A stretch of 64,000 nt of DNA from Candidatus Moraniibacteriota bacterium (GCA_038203255.1 JBBREE010000001.1:31882-95881); one strand, 5' to 3'. Positions 37,576 through 48,701 are shown, counted from the stretch's first letter. Program-made: numbers and translations. The notes: generated by a model from the sequence alone, not told the origin.

Positions 37576-39027
37576 ATGTCCAGCGATAATCTAGCTATCA
37601 GATTTAATAAAGTTTCTTTTGAATACAACCGCGACAAGCCCATTTTAGATGAAACTTCTTTTGCCATCAGAGCCGGTTCCAAATTCACTATTATGGGTCA
37701 AAATGGTGCCGGTAAAAGTACTATTCTGGGTCTCATTATGGGAGAATTAAAGCCGACCGAAGGATCAATTTTTGTTGATCCAGATTTGACTGTGGCCATT
37801 GCCAAACAAGTCATCCCCCGAGAAGATATCAATCTCACCACACGCGAATTTTTTGCCAAATGTTTTTCAGAAAAAAAGTATGACATCGACCGCAAAATCG
37901 ACAAAGTAATGGAAATTGTGCACTTGAAAGCGGACTATGAAAAAAAGATTGAGAAATATTCCGGTGGTCAGCAGGCTAGATTGCTTTTAGCTTCAGCTCT
38001 CATCCAAGATCCAGACCTCTTGATTCTCGACGAGCCGACTAATAATCTTGACTCGGATGGCATCGGACACCTCATGACATACCTCATGGGATGCGAAAAA
38101 ACTTGCATCGTCATTTCCCATGACGCCGACTTTTTAAATTGCTTCACTGACGGAGTGCTCTATTTAGATGTTTTCACTAAAAAAATTCACCAGCACATCG
38201 GAGATTACTATACCGTATTAGAAGAAATCGCGGCGGAAATCAAAAGAGAGGAACGCAAAAATGCCCAGTACGAAAAAGAAATTTTGGCCAATAAAGAAAA
38301 AGCTAATTTTTTCGCTAATAAAGGTGGCAAGATGAGATTGGTGGCCAGAAAAATGAGAAACAAAGCGGAAGAAATGGAAGAAGCTAAAGTGGCCGTCCGA
38401 AAAGAAGACAAGGCCATTCGCGACTTTGAAATTCCAATGCAAGAGGGTCTTATTGGAGAAATAATCAATATCGCGTCTCTGACTGTGATGAAAAATTATG
38501 AACCCCAAGAGAAAAAAGTGCGCGTGTCACTCAAAAAAAATCAGCACCTGCTTTTAAAGGGACCTAACGGCATCGGTAAAACAACTCTCTTAGAATCTCT
38601 TGCTTCCGGAACGGCTAAAGGCGCTAAAATTATTGACGGCGTGAAAGTCGGATACTATCGCCAGGATTTTTCTAATCTCGATTTTGAAAAAACAGTTTTT
38701 GAAACTCTAGAATCCGCTATGCCCGGACCAGATGAAGAACGTCTGAGGAGTGTCGCCGCCGGATTTCTTCTCACTAAAGACACAGTCTATGCCAAAATCG
38801 GCTCTCTTTCCGAAGGACAAAAGGGTCTCGTGGCTTTTGCGCGTTTGATGCTAGAAGAGCCGGGACTTTTGATTCTGGACGAACCAACCAACCACATCAA
38901 CTTCCGCCATCTTCCCGTCATTGCGAAAACCTTGGACAATTATAAAGGCGCTATGATTCTCGTCTCCCACGTCCCGGAATTCGTTTCGCAAATTAGGATC
39001 GATGAGACTTTGGATTTAGAGAATTAA
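37576..39027 (+). CDS. ABC-F family ATPase
   Basis: Two NBDs (GQNGAGKS/SGGQ/LDEPTNNLD; GPNGIGKT/SEGQ/LDEPTNH), helical linker, no TMs. Confidence 0.92.
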   Translation: MSSDNLAIRFNKVSFEYNRDKPILDETSFAIRAGSKFTIMGQNGAGKSTILGLIMGELKPTEGSIFVDPDLTVAIAKQVIPREDINLTTREFFAKCFSEKKYDIDRKIDKVMEIVHLKADYEKKIEKYSGGQQARLLLASALIQDPDLLILDEPTNNLDSDGIGHLMTYLMGCEKTCIVISHDADFLNCFTDGVLYLDVFTKKIHQHIGDYYTVLEEIAAEIKREERKNAQYEKEILANKEKANFFANKGGKMRLVARKMRNKAEEMEEAKVAVRKEDKAIRDFEIPMQEGLIGEIINIASLTVMKNYEPQEKKVRVSLKKNQHLLLKGPNGIGKTTLLESLASGTAKGAKIIDGVKVGYYRQDFSNLDFEKTVFETLESAMPGPDEERLRSVAAGFLLTKDTVYAKIGSLSEGQKGLVAFARLMLEEPGLLILDEPTNHINFRHLPVIAKTLDNYKGAMILVSHVPEFVSQIRIDETLDLEN

Positions 39028-39033
39028 AAAAAT

Positions 39034-40278
39034 ATGCCACAGCATTTTGATACAATCGTCGTTGGAGGCGGACCATCGGGTATGATGGCCGCCCTGACCG
39101 CCAGTGAGAATGGCCAAAAAGTGGCCATCATTGAAAAAAATTCCTCACTCGGAAAGAAGTTGCTTCTCACCGGGAACGGTAGATGTAATTTGACCAATAT
39201 TTCCAATACTAATACCGAGTTTATGGAAAAGATTGGAAAGAGCGGTCGCTTTCTTTTTTCGTCTCTTTCTGATTTTGGGCCGAAAGAAACGATGGATTTT
39301 TTTGAGCAATCCGGTGTGCCCTTGAAAATTGAAAATAATGGGCGAGTTTTCCCAGTGAGTGATAAATCTCAAGATATCCTTAACGCACTCACTAAACTTT
39401 TACGAAAAAATAATGTAAGTATCCTGACCGGTCAAAATGTCACCGGTTTCGAAATGGAAAAAAATCTCATCGAGTGCGTGAAAGTCGGCGACCAAAAATT
39501 CTCCGCGAAAAATTTCATCTTGACCACCGGCGGAAAATCATTTCCGATGACTGGTTCAGCCGGCGAAAGTTATTTCTGGCTGGAAAAATTAGGGCATACC
39601 ATTAACCCTCCAACGCCAGCTTTAGTGCCCATTAAAACAAAAGAAGCTTGGGTTAAAAATTTACAAGGTATCAGCCTGGAAAAGGCAGAACTAAATCTTA
39701 TCCAGAAGAAGAAAAAGATTAAACTAGGCACCGGAGACATTGTCTTCACACATTTTGGTCTTTCCGGACCTACTGCTATAAATGCCAGTAAAGTTGTCGG
39801 GGAGTATCTTAAAAAAGGAGAAGTTTTTTTAAGTCTCGATCTCTTCCCTACTCTTAGTAAAGATGAATTGGAAGAAAAAATGAAAAAAGATTTTGGAACA
39901 TATCAAAAACTCAATTTGAAAACTTATTTAACCAAAAGTCTTCCGCAAAAAATGGCAGAGGAAATTTTAAAATTAGCCAAAATAGCGCCTGACGCAAAAA
40001 TCCAAACTATAACCAAAATAGAAAGAAGAGCTCTCAGCGAAATTCTTAAGAACTTGCGCTTGGAAGTATTTTCTCTCTTGGATTTTAACTCCGCCATGGT
40101 CACTAGTGGTGGCGTAAGCCTTAAAGAAGTCGACCCGAAAACTATGTGTTCGAAAATAGTGCCGAATTTGTTTTTCGCCGGTGAAATACTTGACCTCGAC
40201 GGCCCGACTGGTGGATACAATTTGCAAATTGCTTGGAGCACCGGAAGATTGGCTGGCGCAAAAACTTTAGCAAAATAA
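39034..40278 (+). CDS. HI0933/BaiN-family flavoprotein oxidoreductase
   Basis: GGGPSG, GKKLLLTGNGRCN, THFGLSGP, VTSGGV, TGGYNLQ. Confidence 0.93.
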   Translation: MPQHFDTIVVGGGPSGMMAALTASENGQKVAIIEKNSSLGKKLLLTGNGRCNLTNISNTNTEFMEKIGKSGRFLFSSLSDFGPKETMDFFEQSGVPLKIENNGRVFPVSDKSQDILNALTKLLRKNNVSILTGQNVTGFEMEKNLIECVKVGDQKFSAKNFILTTGGKSFPMTGSAGESYFWLEKLGHTINPPTPALVPIKTKEAWVKNLQGISLEKAELNLIQKKKKIKLGTGDIVFTHFGLSGPTAINASKVVGEYLKKGEVFLSLDLFPTLSKDELEEKMKKDFGTYQKLNLKTYLTKSLPQKMAEEILKLAKIAPDAKIQTITKIERRALSEILKNLRLEVFSLLDFNSAMVTSGGVSLKEVDPKTMCSKIVPNLFFAGEILDLDGPTGGYNLQIAWSTGRLAGAKTLAK

Positions 40279-40398
40279 ACTTTCAACTTTGCAAACAAAA
40301 AACACCTCCTTTCTGGATGTGTTTTTTATATAAAAGAATAATACCTCGCTTCAGAATGTTTATGCTATACTTAGAAAGTAATTTTTAGAAACTTTTTT

Positions 40399-41583
40399 AT
40401 GTCCGTACATCACAACAGCCACCACATGCATCATTTTCTAAAAAACAAGGAAATGAACGAGATGTATCTATCTTATGGTATTTTCAATTTCGCCCTTGGT
40501 CTCATTTCTGTTTTCATCCCAATCTATCTGTATAAAATTGGATATTCTATCCCGATGATTTTATTTTTCTTTTTCCTTAATTCCGTGGCTTTCGTAGCCT
40601 TTTCCTATGTGGGCGTGAAAATTGTTTCTCGCATCGGCGTGAAACACTCAATGCTTCTAGCCAGTCCAATGCTCATTCTCTTTCTTTTGGGCATGCAATT
40701 CATCGAAGCTTGGCCGATTTTATTTTATATTTTGCCAATCCTGCGCGCTTTCAAAATGATCCTTTATAATTATAGTTTTCATTTAAATTTTCTCCGCCAC
40801 TCAGATAAGAAAGATCGTGGCAAGGAAGTTTCTATGATCCAAGCCAGCGCAGTCATCGCCGGCATCTGCTCTCCTTTTATTGGCGGACTAATTTTGCACT
40901 TCGCCAATTTTTCTGCCCTTTTCATCGTTGGCGCCGTATGTATTTTTTTGGCTATGATTCCCCTTTTCCTGACCAAAGATATTTATGAACCGATTTCTTT
41001 TGGCAAAGGCAATCTTTTCTCCGGAATTTTCAAAAGAAAAAACCTACCCCTTATCGCCACCTTCTCCGGTTATGCTATTGAATCCTGGATCGGCATCATC
41101 ATCTGGCCAATTTTCCTTTATCTCCTTTTTTCAAATTTCGAAGCGGTCGGCAACATTACCTCACTGACTGCTTTTATCACGCTCCTTATATTCTACTTTG
41201 TTGGAAAAATAACAGACAAGAAAGACAGGCGCTCTCTTTTGCTCTTTGGAACAATACTCTATTTTTTCGGCTGGATAGGTAGAATTTTTATCACCGGACT
41301 AAGCTCGGTGCTCATTATAGATTCATATAAAAATGTTACCCAACAAATTCTTTTTGTTCCTTGGTCGGCCTATTCCTATGATCTGGCAGCTCAGCGCGAT
41401 TATTTCAAATTCATTGTGAGACGCGAAGTAGTTTTTAACTTAAGTCGAGTTTTAGTCTTGCCTATTTTATCCCTAATCTTCTATATAAATTTCCACGCCT
41501 TCACTCTCTCCTTTATTCTTGCCGCTCTCTCAAGCCTTTTCTACATCTCCCTAGGAGAAAAAAGTCTCATCCGAGAAACTTAA
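40399..41583 (+). CDS. MFS transporter
   Basis: About 12 TMs, GKITDKKDRR motif A variant; His-rich N-terminus. Confidence 0.82.
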   Translation: MSVHHNSHHMHHFLKNKEMNEMYLSYGIFNFALGLISVFIPIYLYKIGYSIPMILFFFFLNSVAFVAFSYVGVKIVSRIGVKHSMLLASPMLILFLLGMQFIEAWPILFYILPILRAFKMILYNYSFHLNFLRHSDKKDRGKEVSMIQASAVIAGICSPFIGGLILHFANFSALFIVGAVCIFLAMIPLFLTKDIYEPISFGKGNLFSGIFKRKNLPLIATFSGYAIESWIGIIIWPIFLYLLFSNFEAVGNITSLTAFITLLIFYFVGKITDKKDRRSLLLFGTILYFFGWIGRIFITGLSSVLIIDSYKNVTQQILFVPWSAYSYDLAAQRDYFKFIVRREVVFNLSRVLVLPILSLIFYINFHAFTLSFILAALSSLFYISLGEKSLIRET

Positions 41584-41606
41584 TTTTAAAATATCACTTG
41601 TTATTT

Positions 41607-42002
41607 TTACTTCTGACAAGCCTCACATCGACAGCCATAAGGTTTGATATATTCATCAAAATATTCTTTGCCATAATTATAATTCAATTCTTCCCCAGCT
41701 CGGATGCGTTTTTTAGCGTAGATAAAAATCCTTTGCCCTCCGATTCTCGCCTCGCAATTCGGTCGACAACTATGATTAATGTAACGACTTATATTTGTTC
41801 GCTTAGACCCGTCAATACTAAAACGAGAGTTAAGCGCAAAGATATATTTGCTATTCTTTTGATCGGCAATTGAGTTAGGTAATTTTTCTCCAGTATACTC
41901 AATTACTAAATCGCCCTTTTTAAAATCCACCGCAGAAAACAAACCTAACCCACTCCCCGACCTTTTCACTAAAAATTTTTTCTTCTCCATATTTTTTCTC
42001 AT
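41607..42002 (-). CDS. SET-domain lysine methyltransferase
   Basis: GLGLF, EYTGE, RYINHSCRPN, EELNYNY, post-SET CRCEAC. Confidence 0.93.
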   Translation of the reverse strand: MRKNMEKKKFLVKRSGSGLGLFSAVDFKKGDLVIEYTGEKLPNSIADQKNSKYIFALNSRFSIDGSKRTNISRYINHSCRPNCEARIGGQRIFIYAKKRIRAGEELNYNYGKEYFDEYIKPYGCRCEACQK

Positions 42003-42126
42003 TCTATGATTAAATAGCGTTTTTCTAGTCTATAGACCTTTTTGTCATCAGTCAAATCTGAATTTAACACATCTATTTTTTTGGACTATAATGTAGATAT
42101 AATAGAAAATTTTATTCCTCAATAAT

Positions 42127-44493
42127 ATGATCTACCCGGAACTAAGCTCCCAAGAAGCAAAAAAACGTTTGGAAAAATTCGGCTTCAATGAAATTAAGGA
42201 AAAAAAACCAAATGCTGCCCTTAAATTTTTTCGCTGGTTAATTTCACCCATCGCCCTGATGCTTCTAGCCGCGGCCCTCCTTTCACTTTTTATCGGAAAA
42301 GATTTTGATTTCTATTTCATTCTAACTCTGATGCTGATTAATTTTTTCGTAGGGTTTTGGCAAGAAAAAAAAGCTGACAATGCCATTAAAAAATTACGCG
42401 AGAAACTGGCCGTACAAGTAACAGTTTTGCGAGACGGTCATTGGCATTTCATCGCTTCACGCCTCATTGTTCCGGGCGACGTCATCGAACTCAATTTGGG
42501 TGACATCATCCCAGCCGACATCAAAATTCTGGAAGGGAAAAATCTCAGTATTAATGAAGCCGCCTTGACTGGAGAATCTCTGCCGAAAGATAAAAATGTC
42601 GGAGACGGATGTTATTCCGGATCTTTTATCGCTTCCGGCTGGGGACGCGCAAGTGTTGAAAAAACCGGCAGTGAAACGTATTTTGGACATATTCTCATTT
42701 CTATGGACACCAGTTATAAACGCAGTATCCTAGAACAAGATATCTTAAATATCTCTAAATTTCTTTCTATTTTAAGCTTTATTTCTGTCCTTCTTTTAAC
42801 TATTATTTTCCTTATCCAAGGGAAGCCCTTCTTAGAGCTTTTAACTCTTGACCTCAGCCTTATTATCGCCGGCATTCCGATTAGCCTTCCAACTATTATG
42901 ACTCTCATTATTAGTTTTGGCGTCCTTGGATTAGCTAAGAAAAAAACTGTCGTGCGCCGCCTTTCTGCCCTGGAAGATCTGGCCAACGTCACAATGTTGC
43001 TTTCAGATAAGACAGGTACGCTTACTAAAAATGAAATCGGCATTGAAAAAATAGTCTCTTACAATAATTATACTGAAAATGATATCGTAAATTTCTCTGC
43101 CTTAACCACCCGAAGGCACGACAAAAACGCCATTAGCCAAGCTATTTTGCAAAAAAGAAAGAGTCTCAAGTTGGAAAATGATTATACCGTCATTGATTTT
43201 CTGCCTTTCAACTCTAATCGTAAAAGAAGTACTACCTTGGCTGAAAATTCTTCCGGTAGAATACTCATCTCCGCCGGAGCCGCCCAAATCATTGAAAGTT
43301 TTTGCCAAATTGATGAGAACACTAAGAAAAAACTAGACCAGGATGTCCGTGATGCAGCGCAAGGAGGATACCGCACTATTATGGTCGCGGTCAAAAAAAC
43401 TGACAGAGAAAATGACGAGAGCGATATGACTTTGGCCGGGATGCTACTTTTCTCAGACACTTTGGAAAAAGGCGTCAAGAGCACTATAGAATTCATCAAA
43501 AAAAATGGCATCGAGGTAAAAATGCTCACTGGAGATAATCATGCTATCGCCGAAAGAGTAGCTCATGATTTAGGCCTCAATGGAAACGTGGTTAGTCGGG
43601 CGTCCGCTCCCGGTGGAGATTATAAACATTTAACCCCGGAGGAATTTAGACGTATTGGAGTGTTTTCTGAAATTTTGCCAGAGGACAAAGCCGATTTGGT
43701 TTTAGCCGCGAAAAATAGTGGCTACATCGTGGCAGTGACCGGCGACGGCGTTAATGACTTGCCGGCTCTCAAAACCGCCAACGTCGGTATTGCTGTTAAA
43801 AACGCCGTAGACACCTTGAAAAGTGCCGCAGATCTTACCCTCTTTTCCAGTGGAATTTCTGTCATTCAGGATGCTATTTTAGAATCGCGCAAAATCTTTG
43901 CCAGGCTCTATGCCTATTCAGTTTACCGTATCTCGGAAAGTTTCCGTGTCATTGTAACCATTACTCTTTTAGGCTTAGTATATAACACCTATCCCCTCAC
44001 CCCCATTCAACTCATCATTCTAGCTCTTCTTAATGATATTCCCATCATCTCTTTGGCTTTTAATCGCGTACGCGTCGCCACTAAACCGTCTGCCATCGAC
44101 GCTAAAGAACGAATAAAATATAGCCTTGCTTTCGGGATGGTCGGAGTGGTGAACAGTTTCCTCTTTTTCTTTTTAGCTAAAAATATTTTCCATTTGGATT
44201 GGGAAGTTTTGCAAACACTTTTCTTTTTAAAGCTAACCATCTCCGGCCATATGCTCATCTACGTCGCCCACACCAAAGAGCGCTGGTGGAAATTTTTGCC
44301 AAGCCGAGAAGTTATCTGGGCCACCTCCACCACTCAACTCGTCGGGACTGCTATGGCATATTTCGGACTACTTATGAACAAAGCTCCGCTCTCTTGGATA
44401 ATTTTTATCTGGATCTGGGCTTTAGCCTGGACGCAAGTCTCAGAACTGATGAAATTCATACTAGAGAAAAAATTCGCGCCAAAATCCAACTAA
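42127..44493 (+). CDS. P3A-type plasma-membrane proton-efflux ATPase
   Basis: ALTGES, GIPISLP, SDKTGTLT, TGDGVND, LALLND (proton-acceptor Asp), RIS.S. Confidence 0.85.
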   Translation: MIYPELSSQEAKKRLEKFGFNEIKEKKPNAALKFFRWLISPIALMLLAAALLSLFIGKDFDFYFILTLMLINFFVGFWQEKKADNAIKKLREKLAVQVTVLRDGHWHFIASRLIVPGDVIELNLGDIIPADIKILEGKNLSINEAALTGESLPKDKNVGDGCYSGSFIASGWGRASVEKTGSETYFGHILISMDTSYKRSILEQDILNISKFLSILSFISVLLLTIIFLIQGKPFLELLTLDLSLIIAGIPISLPTIMTLIISFGVLGLAKKKTVVRRLSALEDLANVTMLLSDKTGTLTKNEIGIEKIVSYNNYTENDIVNFSALTTRRHDKNAISQAILQKRKSLKLENDYTVIDFLPFNSNRKRSTTLAENSSGRILISAGAAQIIESFCQIDENTKKKLDQDVRDAAQGGYRTIMVAVKKTDRENDESDMTLAGMLLFSDTLEKGVKSTIEFIKKNGIEVKMLTGDNHAIAERVAHDLGLNGNVVSRASAPGGDYKHLTPEEFRRIGVFSEILPEDKADLVLAAKNSGYIVAVTGDGVNDLPALKTANVGIAVKNAVDTLKSAADLTLFSSGISVIQDAILESRKIFARLYAYSVYRISESFRVIVTITLLGLVYNTYPLTPIQLIILALLNDIPIISLAFNRVRVATKPSAIDAKERIKYSLAFGMVGVVNSFLFFFLAKNIFHLDWEVLQTLFFLKLTISGHMLIYVAHTKERWWKFLPSREVIWATSTTQLVGTAMAYFGLLMNKAPLSWIIFIWIWALAWTQVSELMKFILEKKFAPKSN

Positions 44494-44615
44494 GCACTTG
44501 CATTTTAGCAAAAAATATGCTATAATGGATATATAGTAGAAATTAGAAAACGGGTGATTTCCCGTTTTTTTGTTTTAATAAAAGGATAATAAGCCTATAA
44601 TTCAGGCTAAAAAGT

Positions 44616-45206
44616 ATGTTTTCTCTCACTTATATCAAAAATACTCGCTTTTCATTACATTCCAGAAAAATGTTCCTTTTGGGGCTTATCGCCTTTGTTT
44701 TTATGTTAGATCTTTCCGTGATGAATTCTGATATGAAATTTTCCAAAGATATGTCCCACTCCGTTATGGTTAAATACGCCCCTCAAGTTTCTTGGGTCAA
44801 AAAAGCGCGCGCGATGGTCAAAGACACCCCAATGGAAAAAATGGTGCCTTATCTTTCTTCTCAAAATGAAGATACGACAGCTTTCCTCGTGAGTGTCGCC
44901 AAAAAAGAAAGCAATTGGGGCAAACGTTCTCCCAAATTGGACGGACGCGACTGTTATAATTACTGGGGATATATGGGTCACACCGGAAGCGAAACTCCCA
45001 GTGGTTTCACTTGTTTTGACACACCTCAAGAGGCCATTAGGATAGTGGGGGCTCGTTTCGACAATTTAATTAATGAGCAAGAACTAGATACCCCGCAAAA
45101 AATGGTGGTTTGGAAATGTGGCTTCGATTGTTCCTGGGACAATCCGGTGGCCGTTAAAAAATGGATCAAAGACGTCAATCACTATTACCAAAAATTTTAC
45201 GAATAA
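44616..45206 (+). CDS. Membrane-anchored lysozyme/glucosaminidase-like protein
   Basis: N-terminal TM; AKKESNWG...NYWG resembles a lysozyme-fold catalytic Glu motif. Confidence 0.5.
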   Translation: MFSLTYIKNTRFSLHSRKMFLLGLIAFVFMLDLSVMNSDMKFSKDMSHSVMVKYAPQVSWVKKARAMVKDTPMEKMVPYLSSQNEDTTAFLVSVAKKESNWGKRSPKLDGRDCYNYWGYMGHTGSETPSGFTCFDTPQEAIRIVGARFDNLINEQELDTPQKMVVWKCGFDCSWDNPVAVKKWIKDVNHYYQKFYE

Positions 45207-45217
45207 AAATAGATCAT

Positions 45218-45253
45218 AAAAAAACTGTCCTGACAAAATCAGGACAGTTTTTT
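45218..45253. terminator. Bidirectional terminator
   Basis: AAAAAAACTGTCCTGA-CAAAA-TCAGGACAGTTTTTT. Confidence 0.85.
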
Positions 45254-45269
45254 ATTGAAAAAATAAAAA

Positions 45270-47486
45270 TCATCTCCAATTAATCCTGAGACTATTCAAA
45301 ACCACCGACACCGAGCTAAAGGCCATGGCTCCGGCGGCGATTTCCGGACTGAGGAGTCCGAAAGCGGCCAAGGGAATGGCGATGATGTTGTAGAAAAAAG
45401 CCCAGAATAAGTTTTGCCTAATAGTCTTAAAAGTAAGCTTGGAAAGCTTAATGGCTTCCAGAACTTTCTCCAAATTGTTTTGCATCAAAATTATTTGCCC
45501 GGCGTCTTTGGCGATATCCGCGGCGCTCCCCATAGCAATGCCGAGATCAGCTTGCACGAGAGACGGTGCGTCGTTGATTCCATCGCCCACAAAAACAATT
45601 TTTTCTCCTTCGTCCTGAAGTTTTTTAATCGCCTCCGCCTTTCCGCCAGGCAAAATTTCCGCCAAGACTTTTTCAATTCCCAATTCTTTCCCCACTGCTT
45701 CGGCCGTACGCATATTGTCTCCGCTAATCATAGCCACTTTTAGTCCCATTTTCTTAAGCCCTTGAATGACGGACACGGATTCCTTCCTGATTTGGTCGGC
45801 AATAATTAAAACACCCACTACCTCTTGACCATGAGAAACAAAGAGTCTGGTGCCACCTCGAAGGGATTCATCTTCCAAGATAGATTGAGCCCAGACAGTA
45901 TCTAGTTTATTCTTTTTTAACATTTTTATATTACCTACAACAATTCTGGTTTTATGTGTGGCGCAAACCGCTCGCATTCCCATCCCGCGTACTTCTTCAA
46001 AATCATTCAAACTAGCCAACTCTATTTTCTTATCTTTAGCACGTTTTCCAACTGCTTGAGAAAGTGGGTGTTCTGAATATATAGCTAAAGAAGCGGCTAA
46101 TTTAAGTATCTTCTCTTTCTTAAAATCAAACTTTGGGTTCACGATAATCTCCTCCACTTCCGGCTTCCCTTCGGTTAAAGTCCCGGTTTTATCAAAGGCA
46201 ACTAAGGTGATATTTTTCGCTCTTTCAAAACTCTCTCCGTTTTTAAACAAAATTCCATTTTTGGCGCCACGTCCGGTTCCTACCATAATAGCGGTAGGCG
46301 TAGCCAGACCCAGTGCGCAAGGGCAAGCAATTACCAAAACCGCCACTGCATTAATAATTGACACGGAAAAATTTTGCGAAAAAAGATAGGTCAAAACGAA
46401 AGTTACAAAAGCAATCGCAATAACAACCGGCACGAAAACTCCGGAAATCCTATCTGCCAATTTTTGAATAGGGGCTTTTGAACCTTGCGCCTCCTCTACG
46501 GCACGGATAATTTGAGCCAAAGCCGTCTCTTCTCCAACCTGCGTCACCTTAATTTTTATAATTCCATCAAGACTCAGCGTGGCACCATACGCTTTTGCAC
46601 CCACGCTCTTTTCTACTGGCATTGATTCGCCAGTAAGCATTGCTTCGTCCACCATCGATCGACCTTCAACCACTTCACCGTCTAAAGGAATTTTTTCACC
46701 AGGCTTCACTAGAAGAATATCCCCTACTCTTACCTTATCTAGCTCTATCTCTTTTTCTCCTTGTCCCGAAACCAAGCGCGCTTTTTTCACGGAAAGTTCC
46801 ATGAGTTTTTGCATCGCTTCTCCGGCGCGCCCGGTACTCAGCGCCTCAAAATATTTTCCCAGAAGAATGAGAGTTACAATCAGCGCCGAAGACTCAAAAT
46901 AGGACGCTTCACCGTGAAAAACGGCCCATAGACTGTAAAAATAGGCGATGAGAGTGCCCATTGAGACCAAAGTGTCCATATTGGCCCTTATTCTTTTAAG
47001 TTGCTTAAAAGCCATTTTGTGGAAGCGAGCACCAAAGTAGAAAACCACAATTGTGGCCAAAATAATATTCAGCCACGTGGACGATTCCAGCCCAAAAATC
47101 ATAAAGCCAAAGCTAAATTTAAAAAACATCCCCAGAAAAAGTGGCAAACTCAAAACCCCCGACCACACAAAATCTCTTAAGTTTTTACTCGCCTCTCCCG
47201 CTTCGTGATGATGATTATGCATTTCAGCATCATCAGTGTCATTTGAAATTTGTAATTTGGATTTTGAAATTTCTTCTTCTATATCATACCCATTATCCAC
47301 CACCACTTTTTTAACCTGCTCCTCGCTCAATTTTTCAGCATCATATTCCACATACGCTTTTTTAGACGCAAAATTAACCGTTGCCGAAACAATCCCTTCG
47401 GATTTTGTCAGAGCTTTTTCATTATTCAAGGCACAACTGGCACAAGTCATCCCGGTTATTTTGAAAATTATTTTTTGCTTATGCAT
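45270..47486 (-). CDS. copA: Cu(I)-translocating P1B ATPase
   Basis: [43 protein letters not shown]. Confidence 0.93.
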   Translation of the reverse strand: MHKQKIIFKITGMTCASCALNNEKALTKSEGIVSATVNFASKKAYVEYDAEKLSEEQVKKVVVDNGYDIEEEISKSKLQISNDTDDAEMHNHHHEAGEASKNLRDFVWSGVLSLPLFLGMFFKFSFGFMIFGLESSTWLNIILATIVVFYFGARFHKMAFKQLKRIRANMDTLVSMGTLIAYFYSLWAVFHGEASYFESSALIVTLILLGKYFEALSTGRAGEAMQKLMELSVKKARLVSGQGEKEIELDKVRVGDILLVKPGEKIPLDGEVVEGRSMVDEAMLTGESMPVEKSVGAKAYGATLSLDGIIKIKVTQVGEETALAQIIRAVEEAQGSKAPIQKLADRISGVFVPVVIAIAFVTFVLTYLFSQNFSVSIINAVAVLVIACPCALGLATPTAIMVGTGRGAKNGILFKNGESFERAKNITLVAFDKTGTLTEGKPEVEEIIVNPKFDFKKEKILKLAASLAIYSEHPLSQAVGKRAKDKKIELASLNDFEEVRGMGMRAVCATHKTRIVVGNIKMLKKNKLDTVWAQSILEDESLRGGTRLFVSHGQEVVGVLIIADQIRKESVSVIQGLKKMGLKVAMISGDNMRTAEAVGKELGIEKVLAEILPGGKAEAIKKLQDEGEKIVFVGDGINDAPSLVQADLGIAMGSAADIAKDAGQIILMQNNLEKVLEAIKLSKLTFKTIRQNLFWAFFYNIIAIPLAAFGLLSPEIAAGAMAFSSVSVVLNSLRINWR

Positions 47487-47490
47487 AAAA

Positions 47491-47757
47491 TTATTTACTC
47501 AATTTATTTATTTCCAAAATTTCACCAATCATTTCTTTTTTTCGCCTTTCATTAGTGCCTCGCATTGCCGCCGCAAAGCAACTATTAAGATGACCTTCTA
47601 AAATCCTAGCGTTAGCCGCCTTTAAAAGTCCCATCACCGCCAAGTTTTGTTGCAAAATATCGATGCAATACTCCTGATTCGTAGCCATCCCAATCACCCG
47701 CCCCAAATGACTATGAGCTTTTTTTAACGCTATAATAGTCTTTTTATCCTCTCCCAT
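47491..47757 (-). CDS. csoR: CsoR/RcnR-family metal-sensing repressor
   Basis: YCIDILQQ...HLNSC; directly upstream of copA. Confidence 0.88.
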   Translation of the reverse strand: MGEDKKTIIALKKAHSHLGRVIGMATNQEYCIDILQQNLAVMGLLKAANARILEGHLNSCFAAAMRGTNERRKKEMIGEILEINKLSK

Positions 47758-47821
47758 ATTTTTTTAAAATTTATTATTTATAATTTTTGACATTTGAAAT
47801 TTGGATTTTGATATTTATAAC

Positions 47822-47840
47822 ATACCTCCCCCCCAGGTAT
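47822..47840. promoter_or_regulatory. CsoR operator
   Basis: ATACC-TCCCCCCCA-GGTAT (TACC...GGTA with C-tract) upstream of csoR. Confidence 0.7.
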
Positions 47841-47950
47841 ACCCATTTTACTCTCCCCTTAAAAAATTGTCAAACAAAAATAAAAAGCCTTCCGAAAAAG
47901 GCTTAGCGGGAACTTAAAATCTTAAGTTGCTACTTAAAATTTTAAATTTG

Positions 47951-47990
47951 GCAGAAGCAAAAATATAACGTGGCATATTTTTGCTTCTGC
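47951..47990. terminator. 16-bp perfect inverted repeat / terminator
   Basis: GCAGAAGCAAAAATAT-N8-ATATTTTTGCTTCTGC downstream of the 58-aa ORF. Confidence 0.65.
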
Positions 47991-48012
47991 ATTTTCGAAA
48001 CCTATCGGGTAG

Positions 48013-48189
48013 CTAAAATCCTGAATCGCTCCTCCGTCTAGCCTCCGCTCTTTGTTTTTGTCCCTGTAATTCATACCATTCAGCCGTATATGGCCTAGGT
48101 GTCTTGTTCTGCGGAGTTACTATCACGGCTCTTGTTTCTCCATCAGCCATCTTGACGACGATAGTAGTTCCTTTCTTTCCAGCATTCAT
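48013..48189 (-). CDS. Small hypothetical protein (58 aa, not in ORF track)
   Basis: GAGGTG RBS; MNAGKKGTTIVVKMADGETRAVIVTPQNKTPRPYTAEWYELQGQKQRAEARRRSDSGF. Confidence 0.6.
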   Translation of the reverse strand: MNAGKKGTTIVVKMADGETRAVIVTPQNKTPRPYTAEWYELQGQKQRAEARRRSDSGF

Positions 48190-48240
48190 ATCTCACCTCA
48201 TCTTGTTTGTGTTTTTAATTATTCATTTGAATAATCATTG

Positions 48241-48420
48241 AAAGAACAAAAAAAACCAGCCCCTTATGAGACCGGTTTATTTTTATCAAGAAGATTTACA
48301 TATTCTTAGCAAAAACAAAGCGACCTCGCTGGCTAAACCAGAAAGTAAAGCTATAATAGAATGTTTTTGTTACGTTTTTTATCATACATCCATTTTAAAC
48401 TACGAGTTGAAAAGTGTCAA
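48241..48420 (-). promoter_or_regulatory. Leader-peptide attenuator A
   Basis: TTGACA-17-TAAAAT, ATG 6 nt later; uORF 48385-48296 MIKNVTKTFYYSFTFWFSQRGRFVFAKNM; terminator 48253-48278 plus U-tract; alternative antiterminator pairing. Confidence 0.7.
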
Positions 48421-48479
48421 ATCATAGGCTAAAAAAATGTCTACACCAAGCTAAGGTTCAGCTTGGTGTAGGAAAAAAT

Positions 48480-48683
48480 TTATCTTTCAGACAATACGGT
48501 GTTAACATCGACAATATCACCTGGAAGATTCATTACAGAGAGAGCAGTAACGCCATTATCATTACAGCGAGTCTTAGCGGAGCTGGAAAATTCTCCCTCA
48601 AGAGGACATCTTCCGACTGCTTTTCTATTCCTGCATCTACGGCTTGATTCTACTCTATTACAATTATATCGGCTTCCTTTCAT
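48480..48683 (-). CDS. Small Cys/Arg-rich hypothetical protein
   Basis: GAGAGGG RBS, follows 48702-48962, then hairpin CTACACCAAGCT/AGCTTGGTGTAG. Confidence 0.45.
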   Translation of the reverse strand: MKGSRYNCNRVESSRRCRNRKAVGRCPLEGEFSSSAKTRCNDNGVTALSVMNLPGDIVDVNTVLSER

Positions 48684-48701
48684 TTCTTTCCCTCTCGCTA
48701 T

